64,000 nucleotides of DNA from Gammaproteobacteria bacterium (GCA_965202685.1 OZ241853.1:27381-91380), one strand, 5' to 3'; positions 1 through 10,469 are shown, counted from the stretch's first letter. The notes: generated by a model from the sequence alone, not told the origin. Program-made: numbers and translations.

Positions 1-1528
1 TGAAGATGTAATCCACAGAGTTGTCCGGCAGTGTCATGTCGGCGCAGTTTCCCGTTGTCAACTGTGAATCGCCAACCTGAGAAGGCATAGGGGTGAACGC
101 TTTTTTCAGTCGCTCGAGTTTGCCATCCAGTATATACCAAGGATTGCACTCAGAATGTTGCGAGAGCAATCCAACACGGCCTGCCATATGCTGGCCTACT
201 TGCGAGTACCCAGTAGGACGGAAGCGGTTGAGCAAAGACATTCCAATAACAGCTTGTTCTGTGAAAAACAACAGCATGTCCCGAGTGCGGCAATCGGGGG
301 ATTTGATTGTCTTTCGCCATAGCGCGGATAAGACATGCCCGGCTCTCGGCAGAAAGATCTGGTGAATATGAGAAAACCTAGCAACTCCAGACCTATACAA
401 ATCTCCCCAAGCCACTGCCCCTTCAGGCGCATGCATCATTCTATCCACCGGCAATTCGGCGGGCTGATCTAAGGCGCGAATGCGGTTTAACAATTTAAAA
501 TCATGGGCCGTTGGCGCCTTTTCATGCTTGGTCCCGTCTGCTGTGTAGTTGATCAAGACCGGGACGCGCTTGGTGGTCTCCACATTTTGATTGATCGCGG
601 GGTCCCATTCGGAAATACGCAAGCGATTAAGCAGGTTCTTTGTCAAATGCGCATTGCAGGCGGGACAAGGAAATTGCGTTCGGGTTCTCCCTGTTTCTTT
701 GTCTAAAGTCTCTTCAACAAACACTATCTCAGTGACGCACTCCGGGCAAGTGAACACCTCGCTCCACACCGTGTAGTTGATCCGCCCTTTCGTCTTTCCG
801 TCTGTGTGCAGCGTTTCGTACATCCACCCGATCTCCTCCTCCACATCGTCTAACAGCGTCTGCGCGGCTTCAGCAAAGGCATCCACATCAAAAGGGATGT
901 TGTAGTTAGCGGCAATAAATGTGGCGGCGGGGGAAAGATCGCCGAGGATTGCCCGGCGCGCTCCCCACTTTGGCGGTTCGCGTCCTTCTTTCTTCCACTG
1001 AGATTCGAGTTCCCGTTTGTATTCAGAGGGCGCTGCGCCACACCATTGCGCCGCCACGCCAGTCATGCCAGAGCCGCAGAAGCCGTCTAACACGATGTCG
1101 CCCGGTTCCGTGTAGTGCAGGATGGAAGGCGCGATGGCGCGGTGTGGCACCTTGGTGTGGTAGCTGTGGGCCTTGTAGAGCAGATCGGTCTTGCCCTCGC
1201 TAACATCCACGGCGAAAGGCTTTTTGTGGCGCAACTCGTCAGGGTCGTAGGGTCTTCCATAGCGCTCTACGAACTCCGCCAGAAACGGGTTGGGACAAGC
1301 GGTATAGTAAGGCGGGTCAGAAAGCCGCAGGATGTCCTCGTCCGCGCCGCCGGGGAAGTCGACCCGTTGCCGCAACTTCGGCAACTCTTCTTTTAGCCGT
1401 GCAAGGAAATGGGCCCGGCGGGCGTCCTCGGACTCAAAGGTCAGGCCCAGACACTCTACAAGCCCTGATTGTTCGTCCGCTGACGGCTCGGCCACTAGAT
1501 TCAGGCTTTGAAGGTCAGTCTTGGGCAT
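1..1528 (-). CDS. pglXI: DNA N6/N4-type methyltransferase, N-terminal ~509 aa (PglXI-like BREX-3 methylase); continues past the left edge
   Basis: Absent from the ORF track because there is no stop codon inside the window. I translated the minus strand from ATG 1528: [16 protein letters not shown]...ILRLSDPPYYTACPNPF...GDIVLDGFCGSGMTGVAA (AdoMet motif I)...CPEC...CPAC (Zn-ribbon-like)...LPDNSVDYIF ending at nt 2. The frame is open throughout. The expected catalytic (D/N)PP(F/Y) motif would lie just off-window. The ATG overlaps the upstream stop by 14 nt. The gene follows brxF-brxC, as in BREX type 3. Confidence 0.8.
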   Translation of the reverse strand, partial: MPKTDLQSLNLVAEPSADEQSGLVECLGLTFESEDARRAHFLARLKEELPKLRQRVDFPGGADEDILRLSDPPYYTACPNPFLAEFVERYGRPYDPDELRHKKPFAVDVSEGKTDLLYKAHSYHTKVPHRAIAPSILHYTEPGDIVLDGFCGSGMTGVAAQWCGAAPSEYKRELESQWKKEGREPPKWGARRAILGDLSPAATFIAANYNIPFDVDAFAEAAQTLLDDVEEEIGWMYETLHTDGKTKGRINYTVWSEVFTCPECVTEIVFVEETLDKETGRTRTQFPCPACNAHLTKNLLNRLRISEWDPAINQNVETTKRVPVLINYTADGTKHEKAPTAHDFKLLNRIRALDQPAELPVDRMMHAPEGAVAWGDLYRSGVARFSHIHQIFLPRAGHVLSALWRKTIKSPDCRTRDMLLFFTEQAVIGMSLLNRFRPTGYSQVGQHMAGRVGLLSQHSECNPWYILDGKLERLKKAFTPMPSQVGDSQLTTGNCADMTLPDNSVDYIF

Positions 1529-3386
1529 AGGCTTTTTCCTCACGCTCCACGCCTGCCTGTCTCGCCATCAGGTTTTGTCCGGCCCTGGTCAGAATGTAAC
1601 GCTGGTTGGCGGCGTTGGGGCTGTCCGGGTTGGTCATGCTGACAATGCCGGCCTCCAGCAGGGGCCTCAGGTGGCGGTTGCGGAAAAATGAGCGGTGCGT
1701 CACGCCCGCCTGGGTCATCAGCTCCGCCAAGCTGCGCGGAGAGGCGCAGGCCGCCACGATGCGGCTTTGTTGTTCACTCAGCCGCATTGGTTGCTCAGCG
1801 GCCAGATCTCGCGTTGCCTTGCCGTTACTGTCACCCGGACGCGGCGCATATTCGCTGAAAACATCGCCGTTGCGCACTTGGTCCCTTCCGGGCGGGCCAA
1901 GAGACGGAAGAATGGCTTGTCCTTCAAGATGGGGGGCAAGACCGTACAGCCCTTCCTGGAGACGCTGCGTCACGCCCTGCCCTTCCAGGACTTCCAACAA
2001 AGACTTGGCCTCTGCGCCTATCAACCCTGTTATCGCCTTGGCGTCCACCAGCGAAACGCGCCCTTTCCTGCAGACGAACGCGAACACCCGCGCCTCCGCG
2101 TCATCCAACCTCAGGCCCAAACGGGTTTGAAACCGGCGTTGCTCCTCGCTGAGCAACTCCTCGCGAAAGAAGCGCACCTCAAAGGCCTTCCTGGTTTTGT
2201 CATTGTCAATTACCGGTGGAACATGGCCCAATTCCTGCCAGTTGCGAAAGATGGCCCTTATGCCGGTGCCGGCCTGTTCGCTCAGGCCCAGCCGGCGGAA
2301 CGCGGCGACGATGTCCGGGTTGCGCGTCTCTTTCTCGCCGGGCTCCAAGAGTTCACTCGCGCTGACAAAGGCGTCACCCGGGTTCCAAAACAATGTTCTA
2401 TCGCGAAAGAAGCGGATGCTGGCCTTGCGTCCATGGTCGCCGTAATCCTGATGGAGCAACAGGTTAATGGCGGCCTCGCGAAAGGAAATATAGTCCGGCG
2501 GGTCGTCATCGCGCCTAAGGGTCGTCATATCTATCCGGAACGGCCGTTCGGCGCGCCGCATATAGCGTTCGGAGAGGGTGAGCCAGGCAAGGAGCAAGTT
2601 CTCTTCCACAACGACGCGGTCGCTCCAGCGACGATCCGGCGACCAGGAATCGAAGTCGGCATCGATGAACTGGCAGTCCACCACTGGCCGCGAAAGCGTC
2701 TGGCGGACATAGCGGCCCCGGCCCAAAACCAGCACGGCGGCCCGGGTGGGCGCAAGGCGGCCGTCACGCTCCGTGACAAACCCCCACTCGCGCAGGAACT
2801 CCATGTCTGAGAGGGTTTGGCGCCGCCCGGGATTCCGATCCTCGAAAACCCGGCGATACCAGCCCAAGGTGTCCGGGTCGAAAAAGTTCTCGGCATCCAA
2901 ATCGATTGACTGCCGGTCGTGCTTGTCAGCGGAGGCATCACGCAAGAACCGTCCAATCTCCGTCATCGTGCAACGCTCGTCTCCACCGCCGCGCCGGATG
3001 AAGGACTGGCGCAGGTCGCCGCCAAGATAGATTGGCTTGTCAGGCCGAGGAGATTCAGGGATGTGGAACGCCAGCAAGGTCTTGCCTTCTAGGTCAATGG
3101 CATCCTCCGTGACATCGATCACCTGATTTAATTTTTGACCCGAACGCAGGACGCTCAGAAAATCATTCTGCACCTTGTCCACTTCGATAACGCCCACCGC
3201 TTCCACTGCGCCGTTGGCCTCGCGCGCGCCAAACACCAGCCAGCCGCCGGCGGTGTTGGCAAAAGCCGAAACCGTCTTGTAGGCGTCCTTCGGCACAGCG
3301 CGGCGCGCCTGCTTGAACTCGATGTCTGACCACTCGTATTTTTGCAAGCGCCCGATAAGCTCTTCTCGCGTCATCTTGGCTCCCAT
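1515..3386 (-). CDS. AlbA_2/Schlafen-type putative DNA-binding protein with C-terminal winged helix (family often annotated as RecG-like transcriptional regulator), embedded in the BREX operon
   Basis: 623-aa ORF. N-terminus [46 protein letters not shown] is the family signature. The central [15 protein letters not shown] block and the C-terminal [31 protein letters not shown] look wHTH-like. ATG 3374 forms an ATGA overlap with the brxC stop (alternative ATG at 3386). Confidence 0.75.
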   Translation of the reverse strand: MGAKMTREELIGRLQKYEWSDIEFKQARRAVPKDAYKTVSAFANTAGGWLVFGAREANGAVEAVGVIEVDKVQNDFLSVLRSGQKLNQVIDVTEDAIDLEGKTLLAFHIPESPRPDKPIYLGGDLRQSFIRRGGGDERCTMTEIGRFLRDASADKHDRQSIDLDAENFFDPDTLGWYRRVFEDRNPGRRQTLSDMEFLREWGFVTERDGRLAPTRAAVLVLGRGRYVRQTLSRPVVDCQFIDADFDSWSPDRRWSDRVVVEENLLLAWLTLSERYMRRAERPFRIDMTTLRRDDDPPDYISFREAAINLLLHQDYGDHGRKASIRFFRDRTLFWNPGDAFVSASELLEPGEKETRNPDIVAAFRRLGLSEQAGTGIRAIFRNWQELGHVPPVIDNDKTRKAFEVRFFREELLSEEQRRFQTRLGLRLDDAEARVFAFVCRKGRVSLVDAKAITGLIGAEAKSLLEVLEGQGVTQRLQEGLYGLAPHLEGQAILPSLGPPGRDQVRNGDVFSEYAPRPGDSNGKATRDLAAEQPMRLSEQQSRIVAACASPRSLAELMTQAGVTHRSFFRNRHLRPLLEAGIVSMTNPDSPNAANQRYILTRAGQNLMARQAGVEREEKAYAQD

Positions 3387-6300
3387 TCCAGCACAAGACG
3401 CGCCTTGTCAGCGTCTTTGCCTTTCACTAATTCGTCCACATGCCCATTAAAACGCTGCTTCATCTCTTCCGGCGTGGCGGATGAGCCGCCATCAAGCAAT
3501 GCTCTGCGGATGGATTCAGTTGTCATAGACACTTTTTGCAGACCTGACAGCGCCTCTTTTAGCACTGAGACGAGACTCTCATTCAGGGTCTTGGGCAAAC
3601 GACGGTTGCGGATGAACTTGTCAATCGCTTGCGCCGCTTCCGGGTCGAGCAACTCCCGGCTTTCCTGGGCGGCTGGAGCCTCCAGATTTCTCAGTAGCGT
3701 TTCGGTCCAGTCATCCACCATGGCGTCTAATTCTTCATCCAAATCATTCAGAACCAAGTCTGCTGAGCGATCAACTTTCACGCTTGGCTTAAGGCCGCAG
3801 TGGCGGCACACCGGCGCAGCTTGCAACTCCTGTTCGATGAGCGCGGCGCAAGCCTTAAGATCGGCAAGGCGGCGCCAGCACTCTTCAAGACGCTGCCGGG
3901 GCAACAGTTCGATGGCGGTCAACTTCTCCAACATCCGCAACCGCGGGTCCCGCAGGAGTTTTGCCTGTCTCTCGCTTCCTTCTACGCTCAAACGCGCCTT
4001 GGCGTGCAGGGCCAAGTAACTGCCCGCATATTCAGTCTTCAGTTTCTTAAGCCGTTGCATCGTCCGGTGCCGAAAGCCGGCTTCGCCACGGGTTTTGGAG
4101 TCTCTCAACCCTTTGAGGATTTCATCTCTGGCGACATCCACCTTCTTTATCCAATCCTGTTCTTCCGGCAACCCCGCTTTGGCGCTGGATATGTAGGACG
4201 CCAAGGCGTCAAGATCCGCGCGCAACACCTCCAGCTCTCGCGTTTCCGTCAAGGCGCGCAAACCCACCTCATGCGCTGTTACCTCCTTGTCGCCATGCCG
4301 AAAATTTTTCAGCTTGCCGGGTGAATTGAAGACCTTGATCGAGTCAAGAAAGCTTTGGACAGCTTCCAGCTGTTTCCCCAGTTGTCGCGTTTTGTCATCC
4401 GCAAGCAGGTTCTCGCCCCAGAAGAACAGACCTTCGCGCAGGCGTTGGCCAGCGCGAGACAGCTCCTCCACCTTGTGGCCAACCGCTTTTTGCAACTGTT
4501 GCACCGGCTCGTTCTTGCCTTGAGTGATGAGCTGGGCCAGGCCTGGCGCCAAGCCGAGCAACTCGAACAAGGCGGTCAAGGCCGGCAAGTTCCACTTCTT
4601 GGGGCGTTCCAGGTGTCTGAATCCGGTCAATTCGTCCATGGAAGCGGCCGCCAGTTGCGGCACGCCGAGGGCGTCAAACTTTTGGCCAGAAATGGCCAAC
4701 ACCACATGGCCGGAATGAACCAGCGCCGCCAACACCACCACCACCCACTCCGGTTCCAGGCGCATGCGGGCTTTGTCCATGTATTCCACTTCGCGGCCAT
4801 TCTGAATGAGCTCGGACCGATTCAATACTTGGCCGCCCTTGTTTTCCAGAAGCTCCAGGATATGGCGGGCGTACTTGGAGTTTTTCGGCGCCAGCCTGCC
4901 GTCATCGAGCAATTCCAGAGCCTCAAGCACGGCACGGGCTTGCCGGCTTGGAGACTGCAACAAGCCACCGGCAATGGCGCGCAGGGCGTCTTGCGCGGCT
5001 TGGGCGCGATTGCTTCCAGTGATGAGCAACGAAAACTTGGGATAATCCGGCGCCTGGTCGGCGAAGCGCGGCTCCAGACAGATGCCGGCAATCGCGTTCA
5101 CCAGATCGCGCAAGTTGACCCGCTCATTCCCTGGCGTGCCGGTGACCTCACGGATCGAAGAATGCCCCTTTGCCCAGTTAAGCATTTTCTTAGCCGAGCC
5201 TTGATAGCTCACTTGGAAGACCTCCCCCCGGCGCTCATGGAGCCATTGCACCAGCCCGTTTAATGAATCATCCGCTTTGCCTTTGTAAGTTTGCTTGGCG
5301 TGCCCAGAGGAGGTGGAGGCCAGGTCCAACGCGGCGGCGTAGCGTTTTAGCGTCTCGCGGAACGCTTCATCCATGCCGCTAAAACGAAAGAACAACTCGT
5401 CAGCCTTTTTCTCGTCCTTGAAACTGGGCGGCTCGAAGGGTTGCACGAAATACAGGTAAAAATCCCGTGGCGGCGCGGCGGTGGAACGCTCGTTGGGCGT
5501 GCCGAAGAACAGATAGCCCCTGCGCGGCGCCTTGCGCTCCAGCCAGGTCAGTTCATGTTCCCAGATGTTATAGCCGGACACATAGGTGTTGTCTTCACAT
5601 TCCATCAGTTGTCTGAGGGCTATGTAGTAGTAGCGATTCAGCTGGAATTCGTCCAGGGTTTCGGCGCGTTGCTCGATCAGCGCGTCGTAGTCATCAGTTT
5701 TCGCCAAATCCAGGTAGTACTGGTCGTTGCGCTCATTCGCGGAGATGAATTGGCCGCTCACGGTGCGATGGATTTCATGCAACACTGTCGCCACTTGAGA
5801 AAGTAGATCGTCTGCTGGGTCGCCACCCAAGTCCTCGATCTCGGGCTGGTAGAGGCACAGGCCGTCCCGCAATTCCCGCGGCGTGGCGCCCAAAGGCGAG
5901 TGAATGTCGCCGTGGGTAAGACGGTGCACTGACAAGGCATGGATGATCCGCAACGCCATCGGCTTGTAAGCAGGGCGTGTGAACGCCTGTTTTACGCGCT
6001 CCTCTAACACCTCGCTGCAATCGATGACCGCCTTGATGTCCGGCACTGCGCGGAAGGCCGAATTACGGGTTAAATTCGCCCAGTAGCTGTCGTAGGAGAT
6101 GAGACCCGGGTAGTCAGTGGGCAAGTCATCGTCCAACAAGCGCTTCATGACATCGGAGAGCGTGCGCAGGGCCTCGCGTTTTTCCACCACCGACACCCGT
6201 TCCAAGGTGTCTATGTACTGAGGATGCGCCGGAAATAGCCGAACATACTCGTCCATGCCCTCGTTCATGCGCTCGTAGAACTTGCCAAAGGGCGTGAGGT

Positions 6301-7120
6301 AATCGCGTATCTTGGCTTGTTGCTTGGCGGTTTTACGCAACAGGCGTTCAGCCACCACAAATTTCACATCGCTCTTGGCGATAATGATTTGCGCGAAGCG
6401 GTCTTGCACGCGGCGCACGGCGTCCGCGGCGAAGGCGAAACGCTGACTATCGAAGATGGCTTCTTGAACGCCAGCTATGAAGCGCAAACGCAGATCCTTA
6501 CAGGCTTCCCCGAGCTCGCGCAGGAAGTTCAAATCCAGTATGAGTTGCTGGTCCTGGCGGGAGCGCAAATAGTCCAGCAGTTCGTCCACCACCAGCAACA
6601 AACCCTGATCAGGGAACGCGGCGTGGAAGGCGGTCATCATCTCCTCGAAACAGCGCTTATTGGTGACCACTTGGTCAGTGGGAGGAAATTGATAGGACAC
6701 TCCCATGCTTGTCAGGCTATCTGTCAGTTCAGCCGTGAGAATGTCCCGCAAGGACATGGTGGTTGCGCCGATCTCCGTGCGCACCACCCGGAATTTGCCG
6801 GCGATGCTCTGCGCCGCTTGCGCTGCCTGGGGGTGATTGAGGCAGTCCGTCAGGCCCTCCCTCTCAGCCAACGCTGAAATCATGGCCATGAGATGAGACT
6901 TGCCCGTGCCATAGTTGCCCACAATCAACAGACCCTTGTTGTCGGCGGGCTGGTCGAATTGGAGGTGTTTGAAGGCAAGGTCTTTGAACCGGGCCGCCAT
7001 ATCATCAGATATGACATAGGTTTCCACCAGCCGGCGGGCGTCGGCATCCCGGTCCGCGTGGCGCAGTTGCACCACAGACTCGATAGCTTCAAATTGGATC
7101 AGTTCGCCGTATTTCACCAC
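3371..7120 (-). CDS. brxC: large BREX P-loop ATPase (BrxC/PglY-like, ~1249 aa)
   Basis: Walker [16 protein letters not shown] and Walker [14 protein letters not shown], followed by a long helical C-terminal region. The size and the position after the small ATPase fit BrxC. The track start at 7237 overlaps brxF by 124 nt. GTG 7117 or 7120 gives a GTGA start/stop overlap with brxF and the N-terminus [18 protein letters not shown]. Confidence 0.8.
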   Translation of the reverse strand: MVKYGELIQFEAIESVVQLRHADRDADARRLVETYVISDDMAARFKDLAFKHLQFDQPADNKGLLIVGNYGTGKSHLMAMISALAEREGLTDCLNHPQAAQAAQSIAGKFRVVRTEIGATTMSLRDILTAELTDSLTSMGVSYQFPPTDQVVTNKRCFEEMMTAFHAAFPDQGLLLVVDELLDYLRSRQDQQLILDLNFLRELGEACKDLRLRFIAGVQEAIFDSQRFAFAADAVRRVQDRFAQIIIAKSDVKFVVAERLLRKTAKQQAKIRDYLTPFGKFYERMNEGMDEYVRLFPAHPQYIDTLERVSVVEKREALRTLSDVMKRLLDDDLPTDYPGLISYDSYWANLTRNSAFRAVPDIKAVIDCSEVLEERVKQAFTRPAYKPMALRIIHALSVHRLTHGDIHSPLGATPRELRDGLCLYQPEIEDLGGDPADDLLSQVATVLHEIHRTVSGQFISANERNDQYYLDLAKTDDYDALIEQRAETLDEFQLNRYYYIALRQLMECEDNTYVSGYNIWEHELTWLERKAPRRGYLFFGTPNERSTAAPPRDFYLYFVQPFEPPSFKDEKKADELFFRFSGMDEAFRETLKRYAAALDLASTSSGHAKQTYKGKADDSLNGLVQWLHERRGEVFQVSYQGSAKKMLNWAKGHSSIREVTGTPGNERVNLRDLVNAIAGICLEPRFADQAPDYPKFSLLITGSNRAQAAQDALRAIAGGLLQSPSRQARAVLEALELLDDGRLAPKNSKYARHILELLENKGGQVLNRSELIQNGREVEYMDKARMRLEPEWVVVVLAALVHSGHVVLAISGQKFDALGVPQLAAASMDELTGFRHLERPKKWNLPALTALFELLGLAPGLAQLITQGKNEPVQQLQKAVGHKVEELSRAGQRLREGLFFWGENLLADDKTRQLGKQLEAVQSFLDSIKVFNSPGKLKNFRHGDKEVTAHEVGLRALTETRELEVLRADLDALASYISSAKAGLPEEQDWIKKVDVARDEILKGLRDSKTRGEAGFRHRTMQRLKKLKTEYAGSYLALHAKARLSVEGSERQAKLLRDPRLRMLEKLTAIELLPRQRLEECWRRLADLKACAALIEQELQAAPVCRHCGLKPSVKVDRSADLVLNDLDEELDAMVDDWTETLLRNLEAPAAQESRELLDPEAAQAIDKFIRNRRLPKTLNESLVSVLKEALSGLQKVSMTTESIRRALLDGGSSATPEEMKQRFNGHVDELVKGKDADKARLVLEWEPR

Positions 7121-7608
7121 GCTTGCCCTCCCGCCTGAAGATTCACTGCCAAAAAGCCCTCGTTTGCATAGCGGCGGCACTCCGGATGCCCCAGAGTGGC
7201 ATAGAGCAAGGCGTCTCCCTCGAAGGCGCCGGTCCACGCGGACACCACGGTCTTGTTGCGCGACAGACCCTGCAACAAGCGCAGTGGATCCTGTCGCAAA
7301 CTGGCCTCGAACAGCAATTCGGTGTTATCGAGCAACACGGCGCCGGCACCGTCTCCCCTATTCTCCACACAGCTTTCGAGCAGGCGCCTCGCCCTCGAAT
7401 CTCGCTGGGCGGCAGGCAGTTCCAACATTTGGCGCGACAACTCCAGGCTCACATTCACAAGGGGAGCGGCGATGCGTTCGCTAACGGACTCCAACACGCG
7501 AGTTTTACCGGCCCCGGCCGGCCCCACCACCAATACCAAGCGATGGTAGCGGTCCGCCGCCTGCCGCATTTTATCGACGACAGCCTCAATGGCCTGATTG
7601 AATTGCAA
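7114..7608 (-). CDS. brxF: small P-loop ATPase, BrxF-like (BREX type 3 first gene)
   Basis: 164 aa with Walker [14 protein letters not shown] and a Walker B-like [11 protein letters not shown]. It is the first gene of the operon, directly upstream of and overlapping the large ATPase. Confidence 0.7.
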   Translation of the reverse strand: MQFNQAIEAVVDKMRQAADRYHRLVLVVGPAGAGKTRVLESVSERIAAPLVNVSLELSRQMLELPAAQRDSRARRLLESCVENRGDGAGAVLLDNTELLFEASLRQDPLRLLQGLSRNKTVVSAWTGAFEGDALLYATLGHPECRRYANEGFLAVNLQAGGQAW

Positions 7609-7882
7609 TGTGCGTTGCCTTCCTACTCGAACCGCCAGGATTTCTCGCCAAAAGAATGTCAGCGCGAGGGCGTCTATTCTTCATGCAGGGCGGTTGTGTC
7701 TTTAAGGGTTTCCCCGCTCCGGCTCTCAGTTTGCAGTTTCCCTCATAGCCGCCTGCTTGTCAAGTGACAATAATCGCCACGGAAGCCCGGGCCTGATCCC
7801 CCGAATAAGCGGCAGACCCCTAAATGGCGGCTTGAGTGAGACATCCTACCACAATATATGCCGTTAGTCCCTCAACTTCGCA

Positions 7883-7960
7883 CTTGGTCAGTGACTTAGT
7901 CACTGCTTAGTCAGTCACTTTGGTCCCTGCTTGGTCAGTGACTTAGACACTGCTTGGTCA
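7883..7960. repeat. 31-bp direct repeat x2 (47-bp period), each containing a palindrome, plus about 5 TT(G/A)GTCA iterons
   Basis: cttggtcagtgacttagtcactgcttagtca (7883-7913) versus cttggtcagtgacttagacactgcttggtca (7930-7960). CAGTGACTTAGTCACTG at 7889-7905 is a perfect 8-1-8 palindrome, and the second copy at 7936-7952 has one mismatch. Confidence 0.85.
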
Positions 7961-7996
7961 CTGCCTAAGTCTGCCATTGCCCCCAAACGGCGGCTA

Positions 7997-8086
7997 TGGC
8001 GGAGAGGGTGGGATTCGAACCCACGAAGGATTTTAACCCTTGCCGGTTTTCAAGACCGGTGCGATAGACCACTCTGCCACCTCTCC
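7997..8086 (-). tRNA. tRNA-Ser (anticodon UGA), CCA encoded
   Basis: Minus-strand sequence GGAGAGGTGGCAGAGTGGTCTATCGCACCGGTCTTGAAAACCGGCAAGGGTTAAAATCCTTCGTGGGTTCGAATCCCACCCTCTCCGCCA. Acceptor stem is GGAGAGG/CCTCTCC. Anticodon stem is CCGGT/ACCGG with loop CTTGAAA. It has a long variable arm and the T-loop GGTTCGAATCC. Confidence 0.93.
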
Positions 8087-8219
8087 GGGGCGCGAGGCGC
8101 GGTCAAGAACGCAACTCCCGGCGCATTCTTGCCCTGCAAGGCGCATTTTACAACGGAATCGTCTATAATTTGGCCATTAAACGCGAACGCCCATAGCAAC
8201 TTGTCCATCAGGTGAAAAA

Positions 8220-8963
8220 ATGAGCCAAAATCCCCGTTTGCAAGCCTGTCTGCGCTGGTTGTTCCGGCTTTGCCTGCTCAACCTGGCGTTTATCGCGGTG
8301 GTCATCGCCGGACGCATGCTGTTGCAGTGGCCTGGCTACAAGTCATTCATGCTGTATGTTTTTGGCGCGCAACTGGGCCTGGCGCTAAGCGGCGTCGGCA
8401 TCGTGGCCTTGGGCTACGCCCTGCTGAAAAACCGCTCCCTAACCCGCCCCTGCCTGTTGGTGTTCCTGCACGGCTTGCTGCCCACCCTTGTGGCGGTGAT
8501 CGCGGTGGGCCCCGGAGCGTTCAAGTCCCCTCTGATCCATGACATTGCCACCGACACCGACAATCCGCCCGAATTCGCGACGGCGCATACCCTCAGGAGC
8601 GCCGATGAAAACAGCCTGGAGTACGCCGGTGAAGGCATCGCCGTTATGCAGAAAGCCGCCTATACTGACCTGGGGCCGCTGTTCAGCGACTTAGACGCCG
8701 ACGCCGCCTTTGACCGCAGCTTGGCCGTGGCGGAAAAATTGGGTTGGACTATCAGCGAGGAAAACCGCGGCGCCGGGCGCATAGAAGCCTACGAGGTTTC
8801 TGTGGTTTTCGGTTTTGTTGACGATGTGGCCATACGCATCGCGGCAATGGAGAATGGCAGTCGGATTGACTTGAGATCGGCGTCCCGGGTCGGGCTTGGC
8901 GATCTGGGGATGAACGCCAAGCGCATCATGGAATTTATAAACGAATATAATAACTTACAATAA
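8220..8963 (+). CDS. DUF1499-family membrane protein
   Basis: 247 aa with N-terminal TM helices. The C-terminal block GFVDDVAIRI...IDLRSASRVGLGDLGMNAKRI matches the DUF1499 signature as I remember it. Confidence 0.7.
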   Translation: MSQNPRLQACLRWLFRLCLLNLAFIAVVIAGRMLLQWPGYKSFMLYVFGAQLGLALSGVGIVALGYALLKNRSLTRPCLLVFLHGLLPTLVAVIAVGPGAFKSPLIHDIATDTDNPPEFATAHTLRSADENSLEYAGEGIAVMQKAAYTDLGPLFSDLDADAAFDRSLAVAEKLGWTISEENRGAGRIEAYEVSVVFGFVDDVAIRIAAMENGSRIDLRSASRVGLGDLGMNAKRIMEFINEYNNLQ

Positions 8964-9003
8964 TAAGTTCATTTTACTTATAGTTTTATAAACAAGCGCA
9001 TAG

Positions 9004-9165
9004 CCTTGCCCAAGGCCGGACCAGGCGGGGACGCGCATGGGCAAATCCTTGCCCAAGGCCGGGCCAGGCGGGGCCGCGCATGGAGTCAAATCCCCGCCCA
9101 GGGCCGGGCCAGGCGGGGCCGCGCATGGGCAAATCCCCGCCCAAGGCCGGGCCAGACATGGCCGC
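9004..9165. repeat. about 43-bp GC-rich tandem repeat, about 3.7 copies, each able to form a hairpin (REP-like)
   Basis: The unit cttgcccaaggccgggccaggcggggccgcgcatgggcaaatc is repeated head to tail. TTGCCCA...TGGGCAA are inverted within each unit. The element is intergenic. Confidence 0.85.
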
Positions 9166-9337
9166 CGGTCGGCGGAATTGGCCCCCATCCGAAAGCCGGG
9201 GCAAGCTCTTGTTTGCCATCAGCTAATTGAGTTTTCCAAAACAGGATGTGTTATTATTGCCATTGGAACGAAATCTGACATTCCGCGTCACACAACTACA
9301 GATTTTCAAACACGAGCATCGATTTCGGAGGTTGAAG

Positions 9338-10009
9338 ATGAACCAGAATTACGCAGTAGCGCGCCCAGCTGAAGCGGTATTGGCCAGCAACAAGCTGATT
9401 CGCAACACCTACATACTGCTTTCCCTCACCCTGCTGTTCAGCGCGGCCATGGCCGGCGTCGCCATCGCCATCAACATGCCGAGTTTGGGCCTGTTGCTCA
9501 CCTTGGGCGGTTATTTCGGCTTGCTGTTTTTGACCCAGGCCCTGAGAAACAGCGTCTGGGGCCTGGCGGCGGTTTTCGCCCTGACGGGCTTCATGGGCTT
9601 GACCCTGGGGCCGTTTATCAACGCCTATGTGCAAGCGTTCTCCAATGGCGGCCAGCTGGTCATGTTGGCCCTGGGCGGCACCGGCGTCATCTTCCTGGGC
9701 CTGTCCGGTTACGCCTTAAGCACCCGCAAGGATTTCAGCTTCATGGGCGGCTTCCTCATGGTGGGCATATTGGTGGCCTTCCTGGCCGGGCTGTGCGCCA
9801 TGATTTTCAGCGTGCCGGCCCTGGCGTTGGCGGTGTCCGCCATGTTCATCCTGCTGATGTCCGGCCTGATTCTCTACCAGACCAGCGAGATGATCCACGG
9901 CGGCGAAACCAACTACATCATGGCCACGGTGACCCTGTATGTCGCCATTTACAACCTGTTCACCAGCTTGTTGCACATTCTCGCGGCGTTTGCGGGCAAT
10001 AACGACTGA
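9338..10009 (+). CDS. BAX-inhibitor-1/YccA family membrane protein
   Basis: MNQNYAVARPAEAVLASNKLIRNTYILLSLTLLFSA followed by 7 TM helices, ~223 aa. A GGAGG sequence lies 7 nt upstream of ATG 9338. The track start at 9227 is an upstream extension. Confidence 0.85.
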   Translation: MNQNYAVARPAEAVLASNKLIRNTYILLSLTLLFSAAMAGVAIAINMPSLGLLLTLGGYFGLLFLTQALRNSVWGLAAVFALTGFMGLTLGPFINAYVQAFSNGGQLVMLALGGTGVIFLGLSGYALSTRKDFSFMGGFLMVGILVAFLAGLCAMIFSVPALALAVSAMFILLMSGLILYQTSEMIHGGETNYIMATVTLYVAIYNLFTSLLHILAAFAGNND

Positions 10010-10086
10010 AGGCGTCTCACAACGGCGGCAACTCTCTTAACAGGGGGAGGAGCTTGGAAGCGGCGGCTTGCCGCGACTTGCCCCCT

Positions 10087-10224
10087 CCCCCTGATTGATG
10101 CCGAATGGCGCGGATGTCCTGATGCACTGTAACGGCGCATTCCCCTGTTGCCCCCCTGGTTGATGCCGAATGACGCGCTGACGCCCTGTGGCGGCGCGTT
10201 CCCCTTGCTGACCCCCCCGGGTTG
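10087..10224. repeat. about 64-bp tandem repeat, about 2.2 copies
   Basis: ccccctgattgatgccgaatggcgcggatgtcctgatgcactgtaacggcgcattcccctgttg is followed by cccccctggttgatgccgaatgacgcgctgacgccctgtggcggcgcgttccccttgctg. Confidence 0.75.
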
Positions 10225-10255
10225 TCCCCTTGCCCATGCGGGGGCTAAGGCACTG

Positions 10256-10450
10256 AAAAACGGGCGATTCAGTTGCGCTTCAAGGGCCTGATGAGGAAGG
10301 CGAAGGGGCGGAACCTGCCTAAAAACGGGCGATTCAGGGACGCTTCAAGAGCCTGATGAGGAAGGCGGAGGGACGGAGCCTGCCTAAAAACAGGCGTTTC
10401 AGGGACGCTTCAAAGGGAGCGGCGGGACAAACGCGGAGCCTGCCCAAACA
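10256..10450. repeat. 65-bp tandem repeat, 3 copies
   Basis: aaaaacgggcgattcag...cttcaag(g/a)gcctgatgaggaaggcg(a/g)a(g)gg(g)cgga(a/g)cctgcct starts at 10256, 10321 and 10386. Confidence 0.85.
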
Positions 10451-10469
10451 AGGGGTTGCCCCCGGTGCT

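Noticed and set aside
7117-7237. Track start of the large BREX ATPase at 7237 (121-124 nt overlap with brxF, depending on which GTG is used). Similar N-terminal extensions occur for kdsA (24188), the MBL hydrolase (28177), BI-1 (9227), cupredoxin (29215), fae (62600) and R-M gene A (17725).
   Set aside because: These are longest-ORF artefacts. The extensions are Arg/Pro/Gly-rich, overlap upstream genes or repeats, and better starts exist with SD sequences, signal peptides or homologous N-termini.
9004-10450. Tandem repeats considered as CRISPR arrays (also those at 21431 and 29172)
   Set aside because: The units are directly adjacent with no unique spacers, the unit lengths are 43-65 bp, there are only 2-4 copies, and no cas genes are present. 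They are REP/tandem-repeat elements.
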